DNA of 63,437 nt, the filler included. It is 13 parts of 13 records of this genome, joined end to end, with 100 filler letters (N's around TTAATTAATTAA, not from the genome) between each part and the next. Parts side by side here need not be neighbours in the genome. Positions count along the whole stretch, not along the records: positions 1 to 5,050 come from SRR7504441_10264; positions 5,151 to 10,219 come from SRR7504441_10267; positions 10,320 to 14,147 come from SRR7504441_10270; 10 more parts are not named here. One strand, written 5' to 3'. Below the pieces are notes generated by a model. It was given only the letters and a program-made list of their open reading frames with translations, ran no database searches and was not told where the DNA came from. A program made the position numbers and the translations under genes. Shown in pieces: positions 1 through 11,907 of this stretch (its first letter is position 1; the number at the start of each line of letters is the position of its first letter).

Positions 1-1798
1 GAGGCCGAGCGGCCTGCGCTTGCCAGCCGACTGGAGCAGCTGGAGAACGAGAAGCATGCACTACTCGACTATCTTCAGGACTTAAACGAGGAGAGCAAGC
101 TCGAGCGGAGTAGCGCGGACGGGCTGGCGAAGGCGCAGACCGAGCGGGAGGGCAAGCTCGCTCAGGAAGTGGACCAGCTGCGCGCCCAGCTCAAGGCTAG
201 CCAGCGGGAGGCTGAGCAGCGCACTGCCAATACACAGGCCCGGCCCGAGCCTGTTGGGTGACTCTGCCCGGCGGGAGGGCAGCGAGCAGGGACAGGGCGG
301 GAGCTGAGCAGGCCGGTGTGATGCTCACCGAGGAGCTGCAGCAGGCTATGCTCGATCTGCAGCAGCAGGTGCTCACCCGGCAGGAGGCTGAGGGGCGGGC
401 GCTGGCCCGGGAGGCCCAGGTGTGATCACTCACTGAGGCTGTGCTGAGCACGGGCAGGCGACGGAGAAGGTCGCCAAGCTGGAGGCGGCTCTGCAGACGG
501 CCCAGGCGTCACAGGGCGGGTCGCACGGAGCGCTTGAGGCGGGCAGACAGGCTCGGGCTGGTTGAGCGAGTGTTGTAGGTACTGCTCGCGGACAGAGTGA
601 CTGAGCGGAGGGAGCTTCAGAGAGAGGTGAGTGACTGGAAGGCCAAGGCCGAGGCGCTGGAGCTGGCTCGCCTGGAGGCGGTCGAAGGGTTGACGGCCGC
701 GGAGCAGCAGCGAGAGCAGGACAAGGAACAACTCGAGCGGCTGAAGAGGAACGAAGTGGCCGGACACGAGGCGGCCGAGCAGGCAGCAGGCAATATTGAG
801 ACGGCTTATGAAGTGCAAAAGCAGCTTGAAATCGAGGCAGACCAGCTTCGTGTGAGCTGCGCCACCGAGGCTAGAGTGCTGCTGGCCAGATTGGATAAGT
901 TAGGGGGCGCGAGGGATCTGGCCGAGGCAGAGAGAGACAGACTCAAGGCCGAGCTTGCAGTGGTGGGCCATACAGAGGTAACACCCGAGCTGTGCTGAGC
1001 TGATGCGAGCTTAAGGTGAGCGCTGGGCCGAGTGCGCTGCCTGGGCAGCACAGCGATCGGGCGGCTGAGGTGAGTTGCCGGTGTGGCTGGGTCTGTATTG
1101 GGACTGCAGATAGAGCAACAGTGCCAGGATGCGGTGGCCGAGTACAAGCGGCTCGCAGCCCGGCTCTCCGGCCTTTTCGAGGCGCAGCAATCGAGCGCGA
1201 GCCAGGCTGAGCTGCGGCACTCCTGGACTGAGGTGCGCCAACCTGAGCCCTGTGTGACCAACCGGTAGGTGGCGGCCATGTGCCAGAGCCTTGGGCACAA
1301 GCTGTGCACGCTCAAGGCCGCTCTCAAGCAGGGGGGGCTTCAAATGACTCCAGGAAGCGACCAGGAGCTGATGCGATTGGAGGTTTATTGTCGGATCTGG
1401 CTTGGGGCTTGACTCTCCGCAGCGGCGGTGTCAGGAGTTGGAGGCTAGCAGTTCGGAGCAGGCTAGGCAGCACGCAGCGGATCATGAGGTGCCGATGGAC
1501 AGCTGGCCGCTGTAAGGCTGGGCAGTTACTAGAGACCGAGTGCGAGTCTCTCCGAAAGTCGCTCCAACTTGCAGAAATGGCGAGGCTGATCGCTAAGCAG
1601 GAGATGGAGGCGGTCTTGGTAAGCGGCGCCCGAGATGGTGGCGGAACCGCACAGCCACCCCGAGATGGTGGCAAAGGACAGAAGCACAACATAAAGGACG
1701 ACTTTAATGCAGAGATTCGTAGGATGGAGGCAAGATTTGAGGCACTGCGTCCTACACAGCCAACACAGCTACTGACGAGTCATCTCCAAAATGCATGA
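1..1798 (+). CDS. Long coiled-coil protein, multi-exon, 5'-truncated
   Basis: Successive E/Q/L/A-rich heptad-like segments in different frames (597..998, 1083..1268, 1280..1798) are linked by short GT..CAG introns. Stop at 1798, followed by an AT-richer intergenic region. Confidence 0.6.
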
Positions 1799-2060
1799 AC
1801 CGTCACATTGATATCGATCACTCACAAGGCGCGGATCATTCGTTTGTATGTTCACATACGAGTACGGATAAGTAGTAAGAGAGGCAGCGCGCGAGGCCAT
1901 GTGCCGCCGTGCAGCAACGCCATTTCTAGCGAAGGGGGTCCTAAGGGGGTCCGGGCTTCTTGGTTATAAAAACGTGAACCGGTTTGTAAGTCTATTTCAA
2001 TTGATTAATTCTACTTGTATTAAGAGTATATTAAGAGTGCGACATTTAAGAGTGCATGGG

Positions 2061-4943
2061 TTAGATGGTTAGCCCGGGGTCTCCGCCCATCTGCGGGGGC
2101 GGGTCTCGGGGCGACTTAGAATCGGAGGTTTGACCGCCATTCACGCGGCTGCTATTCCCGCTCTGCTCCTCATTCAGCTCGTGTAGCGCATTCACAGAAA
2201 CAGTGACATTACCCCCTTCCGCGTCCTCCGGGTAGACGTCATTGAAGTACCCCTCACCCTCCGGCCGTGACGTGTCCCTCAGTTTGGGAGAATCAATGTC
2301 CATTTCGGACTCAATCTCGTCCGGATCTGGCTTTTCCGAAAACTCCTCGTTGTCATCCTCATACCGCCAGCTCCCTCTCTGTCCACTGTCGCTCCTTTGA
2401 AGATTGTTATCCAAAAACTTTTCTCTGCGTTTCTCCATTTCGTACTGGAACGTCTCTACAAAGTCGTAAATGTCCACCGAGTCGTTGATGAACGAACCAG
2501 TTCGCAGCAGCTGCGCCAACAATCAAGGGCGGCAGGGGGTTCTGACAGTACCTTGCACAGCCTCTCTGCCTTGATGCAAGTGACAGATCGGGCGCAACGA
2601 CTGTGCATCCAAGGCTTCTGTAAAAGCTCCGAGCTATCCACAGTGTTAGCAGCGAACACCTGCACTCTGTGAACGACCACCTGACCGGCTCTGAGCCGTT
2701 ACCATCCTGTAAGCGTCCGTAAAATGCTTCTTGCCCACTGCAGAGACCCCTATGTTATCTATGTACTTTTCGAGTTCTTCTAGGCTAATCCGGCCGTCCT
2801 GATCTGCATCCATGCTCTTAAAGAAACTGCCCGGCCAGCTCAGCCCCATTGCGCTGGCTATCCGCACTGGTCGGCGCTCCCTTCGTGCAGCATGATCACG
2901 AGTCGAATCTTCTTCAGAAGACGCCAGCGCTGGCCTAGTTTATAGAAAACAAGCGAGCACGCCAGCAGGTAAAAGGCCAGCATCCCGACGTATTTCAGCT
3001 CTACACCAGCCAAGTTAGGGACGCCCCGACACCAGGCGGCACCGTCGACCCAGTACTTTTTCGTGGGGCAGGTCCACGTCAGCTGGCGGGTGCACTCGGC
3101 GGTAGCGGCGTCGACCCAGGTCCATCCAACAATGATCCCGAGGATGATTATCCAGAGCTTGTGTTCCTTCCCTGTACAGCGGTCAGCGGGCACACTGCGG
3201 AACGGACTCATGTTCCGGACTTGGTAGACCTCCTCGATCAACTGCGAACACCTAACCCGCGGTCGAGCCTGCCCGAGAGCCGCCGCACCACCACTCGTCC
3301 AGCCTCCGGACCTGGAAGTTCTGCGACACTCCATACACCGCAATCGCGATCGTTCCGGCCGTGACAATCAGCCCGTAATATATGATGTGCCATATGGTGC
3401 ACTGAGTGCTCGTAGTGCCGGCTATTGAAGGATCCTGCTGGCTTGCCACGTAGCAGTCAAACATGACGTAATAAAACTGGTACTTGAAGAACTCCGCGAT
3501 GTTCCAGGCCATGCAGAACTGGGCGCTACCCACCTGCACACTGTGAACTACTGCTGCTGCTACTACTACTACTACTATTATACTATTCCAGGCCATCCAG
3601 AACTGGGCGCTACCCACCACCAGCGAGAGTGTATGCTCCTTCAGATGCCCGGTCTTCAGACGCTCTATCACCTTGGCGTCCCCGGCCTCGCGAACCAGGT
3701 GCCACGTGGTCAGCTTCCAAACCAGCATGCTAATTGTAACCATCAGCACCACCTGATACAGCGCGTTCCGGTACTCGAGCGTTTCCTTGTTCGGAGCGTC
3801 CTGCAGCAGTTGTCACGATTTGACTGATTAAAGCCCAACTGCTGCCTACCTTGAAGAACGGATAGTAGCACAGGTACCAATTGAACCAGCCAGTGGTCAT
3901 GTACCACCCGTAGCCTATCCCCAGCCGGAGCGGGGACGCCGCCACCAGCCGCCATGTGTTGGTGAACAGCGATCCCTTCCGATCACCCCACAGTCTCATC
4001 AGCGTCACGATCAACAGCCGGAGCAGCACAGCCCAGCCGAGCGCGCCTACGGAAATTGCGAGGTTGTAGCCAAAGTATGTGAACCGGTAGCCCAGGCTAG
4101 AGCTCTGTATTCCTTCCTGTCGCACGGAGTGAGCCAGGGCTGCAGCGCCATCTAGCCTGATCGGCGGCTGCGTAGTGGTTGGTCGGACTGTCATAGAGCG
4201 CGCACATCGAGGCAACCACGTCCTGGCCCGCCGGTCCGCACATCTCTCCCGAGCGGGTACCTTGAACGACCAGGCAACCATCATAGGCAGGCTCCGCGCC
4301 TGAGCCTCGAGCTGAGCCGCGGCCGAGGGCGGCGCTCACGCTCAAATGGAGCACATCCTCCCGAAAGTTCCGGCTGCGGATCCCGTCGATGTTGGCAAAG
4401 TTGCGCAGGCAGAGCAGCAGCGGCATGAACAATAGAATCCCGAAGTGCCAGATGAGGTGCACGTACAGCGTCTGATGCCGGGAGCACTGATCGTCGCACC
4501 AGTACTTGAGCACAGTTTTGTTGAAGAACTGGCCCAGCTGGAAGGCATACACGATCGTGAACGCCTGCCCGTGGCTGAGCCGGCGCTCGGGCCGCCCGCG
4601 GCCTGAGTGAGGAAAGTCTCGGTGAGTGAGGCTTGCGCAAGGCTCACAGAATCCTCCCACTGCCGCCGCCGATACATTTCCGACTCTGCCCGGCCCGCTC
4701 GGCCCAGCCCCCAGCCGGGGCCCACCCAGCTCCACCAGTCGGCCGGTCCGGCAGGTGAAGTTTCGCGCGACCTGCCTGCAGGGCTGAGCCGGCCGCTGCG
4801 GGGTGGCGGGCCTCGCTTTGGGTGTCCGACAGCTCGCTTTTCTGGCGGTTGAGGGAGCCACGGAGCGAGGAGGTGGCCAGCTCGATCGCCTCGTCCACGC
4901 CCCGGTCCATCGATGGCCGGGGCAGCTGGTCCCGTCGATGCAT
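2061..4943 (-). CDS. Multi-pass membrane protein with a C-terminal EF-hand and acidic tail, multi-exon
   Basis: Several hydrophobic W/F/Y-rich TM-like exons lie at 4560-2860. EF-hand loop MDADQDGRISLEEL is in ORF 2646..2867, and 2061..2522 is an acidic disordered tail. The start codon is uncertain (4943 or 4910). Confidence 0.6.
3502..3618. repeat. 33-bp direct duplication (3502-3534 / 3586-3618, 1 mismatch) separated by a (GCT)n/(ACT)n microsatellite
   Basis: TTCCAGGCCAT[G/C]CAGAACTGGGCGCTACCCACC is seen twice, offset by 84 nt. Confidence 0.95.
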
Positions 4944-5050
4944 GGCTCCCTCAGCCTGCTTGCAAACTGAACAGCTGCAGCTGCAGGCTGCAGCTGGCTC
5001 TGGCTGTCAGTTGAGACAAGAATGGGCGGGTGCCAGGACAAGCCGCTCCA

Positions 5051-5150
5051 NNNNNNNNNNNNNNNNNNNNNNNNNNNNNNNNNNNNNNNNNNNNTTAATT
5101 AATTAANNNNNNNNNNNNNNNNNNNNNNNNNNNNNNNNNNNNNNNNNNNN
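5051..5150. other. Artificial contig-joining linker (N44-TTAATTAATTAA-N44); same linker at 10220, 14148, 19450, 23280, 27044, 31216, 35201, 38636, 42405, 46460 and 58873
   Basis: An identical 100-nt N-spacer with a six-frame stop cassette occurs 12 times. Confidence 0.98.
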
Positions 5151-5512
5151 TAATTCACCTCAATGAAAGGCTCAATAATACATGCCAGCACATCATCGCA
5201 GTGTCGAGTTCCTCCCCTAGCGCGTAGGAGCTTCACCCTTGGCTGCGCTTCTGTACTTGTACGGCCGTAGCTCTACTTTGTTTTGTTTTGTGTTGTTTTT
5301 TGTTTTTCGTCTTGTTTTCTCAATGCTCGAGTGACACTGTACATGTCCTGACCTCTTGACCGGGCTTCGCTCGGTGTACAGCCAGCTTGGTCCTTGCACC
5401 GTGCATTGAGTCGGATTCTTGATGGATCGTGGTGTGGAAATGAATCGTCTTCATCAGGCTTGTATCAGGCTTGTGCATGGGCTTGTGATGCAAGTATGAT
5501 GCAAGTACATTG

Positions 5513-8500
5513 TCAACCCAGTTTGGGGATAGAAATCTCAGACTTCAACTTGTTGATCCCCTTGATTGCCGCATCTTTGATCTTTTGGAAGATTTGCGTG
5601 AAGAGTTCCCTTGCCATCTCTCCAGGGCCTTTCTTCATATCGAACAAGATATGATGCGTCGTGGATTTACCCTTCTGTTTGCCAGCTGTCCGTGTAATCT
5701 CCACTCCAAGCTTGATTTTCGAGGCAAGTCCCTCGCTGGAGAATGAGAGCTCAGTAACAGTAAAGCTCGCCAAACCCTCCAAAGCGGCAACTGCTTGTTG
5801 GACTGCCATATTCACCTTATTCTTGGCCTTGTCGTAAGCACTTTGCGCTCCCCTCAGAGCTTTCTGGGCGGGGGCGAGAGCCTTCAGTGCTGCCTGTTTA
5901 CCTGCTCCGCATAGCTGCTGCATTCCCTTTTTCAGTCCCTCCGTGATTTTCTTACAAGCAGCAAGTGCTGCCTTCTTTGCCTGCTTTTCTGTTTTCTCCG
6001 CTGCCTTCTTTGCAGCATCTGCCGCCTTCTTTGCAGTATTCTTTATACTTTTCCCTACTTTTTTGAAAATCCCTCCCTTCCGCCGCCTTCCTTTCATCTG
6101 GATCAGCTCTTCCTCGTTGCATGTCTTCTTTTTGAACTTATCCATGGCATCCTTGCACTTCTGCTCAGCTCTCTTGATCCCGTCCTGAGCTCTCTTCAGT
6201 GCGGCTTGAGCTTGCTTGAACACTCCTTCGACTTTTTTGAGCACATTCTCGATGGCCTCCCTGACGGCCTTGACAGGTTTGATTGCTGCTCGGCAAAGCC
6301 TCCGGAGCGGCGCTGTCATGCTGCTTGTAATCTGGATCGCCGCGTCCATCTTGAACTTCTTAAGGTCCTTCACTGACAGCTCGATACCAAGGGATCCCCT
6401 CAGCGCTCCACCAAACAAGGCAACATTTGACAGCGAGTACTTGCTCACATCTGCGGTATAGCTGATGTCGGCCTGTGCCTCTCCTACACCTGCAATCTTG
6501 GCATAGCCTTGGAAATTGAACCCGAAATCGCGCTTTTTGAGATCAGCTGAGACTTGAATCTGGGGTCCATAGTTCTGGTTGTCTTTGGCCCTTGCGATAA
6601 TGATCTTTCCTCCAAACATTCTGAGAGGCGGGCCAGACAGCTTCAGGTCCATTTTGCTGGCTGCCAATTGCATCCTGAAGCTCAGTTCTGCACCAAACAG
6701 GTTGAGCGTGCCTTGGGTACTGAGTCCCATGGGAATTGTAAGCGGAGGGTTCAGCGCCTCGATTGTGTACTCTTTTACTGCCCAGGAGACGTAGGCAAAG
6801 CATGCAGGGCCTCCTCCGCCCGCTTCCTTGCAGGCTACCTTGTCGTAAGGTTCGATTCCAGTATTCCCTAGCCAACTAGGCAGCTTGCTCGAACCTGTGA
6901 ATGCTGCGACTAGATCTGCCACAGTGACCCTACTGATTGCAGCATAGAAGAATGCATCGCCTTCTGTGTTGAAACCCATGTAAAGTTTAGCAGCAACACA
7001 GCCTGATATCTTTCCCACCATATGTTGGTGACTGTATGCACTGCTGGACGAGCCGATCTGTGACAGCTCCGCCTCTGGGCCCGCTTCTTGGCCAAAAAAC
7101 TCGTCATGCATGCGGGCATGCGGCTTAGTGGGCGGGTGGTTTTGGAGCAGTTCAAGCTCACTCAGCCCACTCACAAGCTGCTTGCACTTGGCAGCTGGAC
7201 CAAACCCAAAGCCACCGCCGATAGTGACTCCGTTGAGCGCTGGAACCCCGCCAAGCACTCCAACCTGGGCTTCAAACACTAGGTCGTACAAATTAAGCGT
7301 TGAAATACCAAAGGCGTTTGATGCCATCCCTGCCATGGAGAAGCTCATGCCAACAGAGCTTGCTGCTCCACTCTGCTCCATGAACAGCGAACCCTTGAAC
7401 TCGAGCTCGTCCGACTTTGTCCGCACATTCAGTCCAGCAATCGCCCCAAATTTGAGTGATGGAGGTTTAAGAGCCGATGTGTATTGCAGACCAGCTTCTG
7501 TCATGGTGACTGACTTGCTCAGTGTGATATCGTTCACGGAAATAGTGAACGACATTTCATCGGCGTCAATGCAGGCACTCAGCCCGAGGTTTGATGACCC
7601 ACTCATGGCTTTTGAAGCCAAGGTGCACACAACATCATTGCCGCACTTGGAGGTGGGTCTCATTAGCTTACCATCAAAGCAGAAACCCCTCTTGATATCA
7701 CGGCGATCTTCAAACGGTTCTGGCAGCGAAATGTCCTCCGGCAGAGACAAGTCATCAGTAGCTACCATGGCTGCAGCCTGCAGGTTGGAGAACAATGGCA
7801 TCTTTTTGAATGGATTAGATCCAACCACCTCGGCGATCATGGAGCCAAACAGCTGTGTGTTGAGATTCACTGCGATCAGAAATGCATTCTTCTTTTGGGC
7901 ATTCTGCTGTGCCATGACTGTCAGTGCCAGTCCTTGGTCAGAGGCTGCTTGGATTGCAAAGTACTTGACACTGCCCTCGAAGTTGCTGTCCATTGTGGCT
8001 TGCAGACCGTATTTTTCCATGAATTTGGTCACAGGCTTTATAGCAAAAGACATGACCTTTTCAGCTTTGAGTAGTGGCTTTTTTGCAGCAGGAATGGCTT
8101 GGCCGACTGCCTGCATTACCAGCTTGGGCATCTCACCAAAGTCCATGTCGTACATTAATTTCATTGCTTTCCCAGCTTTGGTCGACTTGGAAGCGCCCTG
8201 CGGAGCACCGAATGACATGATCTTCTGCAACTGACTCTTGCCCAGCATGATTGAAGGTCCTGATAGGCTTGGTAGCTTGGATAGGCTGCAGGTAAATGAG
8301 GCTTTTGTGTTTTCGCCAACATTTGCTGACCCTGGGACAGGTGCATTGATCCCTGGTGGTGGCACTACAAACTCTACCAATTTGTACTCGTCGCCGATCC
8401 GGAACCTGGCATACATGTTGAGCCCTTGCTTGAGCTGGATCCTAGGCTCGGTGTCCTCGACCTCCACATCCTGGCTGGTGACACCCACCACCCAGTAGCA

Positions 8501-10052
8501 TCCTTCGCCATCCTTGTCCTCGTCACACGTGTCCTCCTGCAGCCCCGACAGGCTAGGGTTGAGAATATCTGGGATGGCCAGGTCTTGCGAACTGATCAGC
8601 TTGATGATCTTCTTGACATCCACACCCTGGACCTTTGCATACATATAAAAGATGGCTTCGGTTGGTTCATACTCAATCTGCATCTGAGCGATCACAGTAT
8701 CCTCGCTTGACTCCGCCTCACTGCAGTCGTCTTTTGAGCCAATGCATAGCACCCCCGAGATCGAAGCCTGACTCACTTTGCCGTTCTCAAGAGCCTGAGG
8801 CAACAAGAATCAATGCATTCAGTTGACGATTTAAACTCACCGCTTTCACTGTAAAGTGTCCAACTGACAACATGTTTAGCCCGAAAGCGTGTGGTACCAT
8901 CGCGTTGGCAGCCTCGCCTGTCATCGATATGCGCCCGTTCTTGGCCGATCCAGATACAGAAATCTCAATTGGGTCCATGTCGTCAGAAACGGTGAGCTGC
9001 AATCCTGAATCGATACTGATGTCCACGTCCGCCTTAGCGCCCCGATCCCTGCTCAGATGCAGTTCGAGCGTGCCTTCTTGGAGTGTGAGCAGCCCTGGAT
9101 TGAGCTCAATCGGCTGAGTCACAAGAGACGCAGTCAGATCCATCCCGCCTTGGGCGTCCAGCACGATCTTAGCCTGGCCCTCCGATTCGTCCCCGAAACC
9201 AAGCCCGACCGACGCCGCCACGCTGATCTCCGACCCTAGGAACTCGACTTTGCCTTGCTTGTAGTCTTGCAGCCCGAGCGTCACGCCGAGATTAAAGTCC
9301 TTCATGCTCAGGAACTGGTTGAGCCGGTGCTCCTGCTCCTCGGGCTCCGAGCCCGTAATCGAGAGCTGTTGGCTGTCGGCGTCGTATGTGAGTGTGCATT
9401 CGAACTGCACATTGGCCCCCACCAACGACAGGTCGAGGTTGAGGCTGATGGAATCCTCATTCCACTCCGTGATCAGATCCTGCTTGGAGCTCAGCTGGCT
9501 TAGCGCCTTCTCCAGCACTGCCTTGATCTTCTCCTGCCGCCCAGTCAGCCCGAGGCGCAGCCGGCCGCCGCACGTCGTCTATTCGCATGCACAGTCCTTT
9601 CCACGACGACCAAACTTTGGCCGCCTGGGCGCTCTTCCCCTCGATAGTGTTAAGCGACTCCGACCAACGCTTCTCGCAAAAGTCGACGAGCCCGTCCAAA
9701 AGTGTGGTGGTTGCCGCGCCCGTCACATCTGCCCCGGCTCCCCTCAGCGAGCCCGGCCGGTTCGCGTACAGTCCAAGTCGCCCGAGTTCGATACAGACAC
9801 CAGCTGCTCCTGTCCACCGAGTGAGCGCCGCGCCCCCCGGCCGCCCGCACCTTGGCTACCTGCTCATCGGGGTCCAGGAAGTTGCCCTCCGGCACAACCT
9901 GCGAGCCGCCGCGGTGTGGGCTGAGGCTAGAGCGCCGGGCTGACCGTATCGACACGCACGTGCGCCAGGTCTTCGCTCGCGTCTAGATTGGCGGCGACGA
10001 GCACCAGCAGCACGACCAATCCACCCCAACCCGCACCTGATCCAGACGCCAT
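5513..10052 (-). CDS. Large secreted beta-rich protein with an internally duplicated module and a K/A-rich C-terminal coiled coil, multi-exon
   Basis: ATG at 10052 is followed by a signal-like segment (MASGSGAGWGGLVVLLVLVAANLDA). ORFs 8787..9518 and 5513..8806 join through a 46-nt GTGAGT..CCTCAG intron (FTVKA|ALENGK). Confidence 0.7.
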
Positions 10053-10404
10053 GGAGTTGCTGCAAACCGCTTGCGACCGAGAATGTTCACTTATGACGAG
10101 TGTAACTGCAATCCGAACAGCGAGCCAGCCAATCGGTCGCTGCGCTCGAGGAAAAATCAAAATACGGAGCTGCCTTGAGCACCGGGAGAGCCCGTGGCTG
10201 ACAGGCGGGGGAGGGCTGCNNNNNNNNNNNNNNNNNNNNNNNNNNNNNNNNNNNNNNNNNNNNTTAATTAATTAANNNNNNNNNNNNNNNNNNNNNNNNN
10301 NNNNNNNNNNNNNNNNNNNTAAAGTGTCCTCTCGACTCAAAAAAAAAAAGTTATTACCGGTAATGAATTAACTCTTACATGAGCTCAATGGCTCGTTGAT
10401 TTAT

Positions 10405-11829
10405 TCATGCATAACTGCAGCCGCCCTCGGCTTGCATTTTGCGGGAAGCTGCCGCCGCGCTGGCTATCGAGGCCACGTACCCTTTTGCGCCCCTGGGCAC
10501 ACCATCCTCGTCCACCCACTCGTTGACGCTCTGCATCCAAGCCTCAGGGCCCAGGCTCCGGTTGGCCACCGAGCTCACAAACTGACGGACCAGCTCGCAA
10601 GACAGCCGGCGGGTCGTCGGCTCTCTGTGCAGCACCGTCCACGCGTGGTGGACTGGAGTCGCCCAGTAGCCGCCATTCTGGTAGTTGCCTGGCTTGTCGA
10701 GCAGCCATCCCTCGGCACACTGCGGCAGCCCGGCACCGCCCTCGGGCACACACCACTGCTGCTCCCAGCTTTGCCCAATCGGCAGGTGTCGGACTTGTCC
10801 GTTGGAGAAGATCCGGTGCGTTCGATTCGCAACAAACTGTGCGATCAGCTTGCGCTGCCCTGCGGTTGTTGGTGATGGGACATCCTCCGGCCACCCCGCT
10901 CCAATCATCGAGTCTTTCCCGTCCAGCGCCGCGGCGTAGAGCGACCCCCACACGTCGGTCAGGTTCCGCTCGAGCCCCGTCGACGGCCGAAACATGCCAA
11001 CTTCAGCGTTCCAAAAAGCAGGAGTAAACTGCTGTGCTATCCGCGTCGCGTCGCTGCAGAGCTGCTCAGCGGTAGGCCGGTGAGCGGCCACTGTGTGGTT
11101 ATACGGAGCCAGGCTCCGAATCGCGTGGCAGAGCAGCGCGCTGGCCTCTAGCATCAGCAGGCTGGCGTAGGAGAGCCGACCTGTCTTGGCAACGGAGTCC
11201 TCGAATCCATAACCAACGATCGGATCGCGAGGGTCGTTGTAAGCCAGGCTTTCTCCCGCCCGGCGAGGCACTCGCCTGAGCCCTCGGACCAACGGCATTA
11301 GCCAACGGCCCAGCCAGGCCGCGGCCTGAGTGGCGCCGCGGGTTGCATTGACACGACTGGCCAAGAAGACGATGTTGATAACAGCGAACGGCCCGTTGTC
11401 CATAGCTCCGTCGGAGCAGCTGCCGGTGGCGCAGCAAGCAGGGCGGGGCAGCGGGGACCCGGCCGGGAATCTGCACGCCTGGTCGGCGCATCGGTTGAAC
11501 CCGGACCCATGCGGGCCGTTGACGAGGTCGGGCACCTGGCCGTCGCTGAGGCGCTGCCCGTTCATTGTCTGCTTGCTCGCCCAGAGGAAATCGTCAAGGG
11601 TGAGGTTAGCGGCCGGTGGGTGCACGGCCCACCATGGGGTGTGCACTAGGCCGATCGTATAATCCCGGGTGAATTGGCCCGAGTAGCCGCCGGGGCTCTG
11701 CTGGATGTTGGGGGCGAACAGCCCGGGGCCGCCGCCGGGAAAGCGGGAGGCGGCTAGGATGCAAACCGCCGCGCGCTGCAGCCACCCCACGTCCCCCGCG
11801 AACGTGCGGGGCAGGTCGAGCGGAGTCAT
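10405..11829 (-). CDS. Putative six-hairpin (alpha/alpha)6 glycosidase-like protein, bacterial-type family
   Basis: Intact 474-aa ORF with motifs QFTRDY, DNGPF, YGFEDS, DVWGS, GQVRHL and YQNGGYWATP, shared with the neighbouring gene. Confidence 0.65.
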   Translation of the reverse strand: MTPLDLPRTFAGDVGWLQRAAVCILAASRFPGGGPGLFAPNIQQSPGGYSGQFTRDYTIGLVHTPWWAVHPPAANLTLDDFLWASKQTMNGQRLSDGQVPDLVNGPHGSGFNRCADQACRFPAGSPLPRPACCATGSCSDGAMDNGPFAVINIVFLASRVNATRGATQAAAWLGRWLMPLVRGLRRVPRRAGESLAYNDPRDPIVGYGFEDSVAKTGRLSYASLLMLEASALLCHAIRSLAPYNHTVAAHRPTAEQLCSDATRIAQQFTPAFWNAEVGMFRPSTGLERNLTDVWGSLYAAALDGKDSMIGAGWPEDVPSPTTAGQRKLIAQFVANRTHRIFSNGQVRHLPIGQSWEQQWCVPEGGAGLPQCAEGWLLDKPGNYQNGGYWATPVHHAWTVLHREPTTRRLSCELVRQFVSSVANRSLGPEAWMQSVNEWVDEDGVPRGAKGYVASIASAAAASRKMQAEGGCSYA

Positions 11830-11907
11830 TCAGCTCTAGTACACGCGGGTGCAGGGTGCTGCTGCAGCCAGCGACTCGCTCACTGGCAAGAGCGGCAGAT
11901 TCTACCC

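Noticed and set aside
1629-1672. 14-bp direct repeat CCCGAGATGGTGGC
   Set aside because: It most likely lies inside a GTAAGC..CAG intron (about 1619-1681) as a small local duplication with no further structure.
7110-8234. Long antisense or alternative-frame ORFs (e.g. 7110..8234, 40448..41455, 45255..46220)
   Set aside because: They are shadows of GC-rich coding regions on the opposite strand, with low-complexity translations and no motifs.
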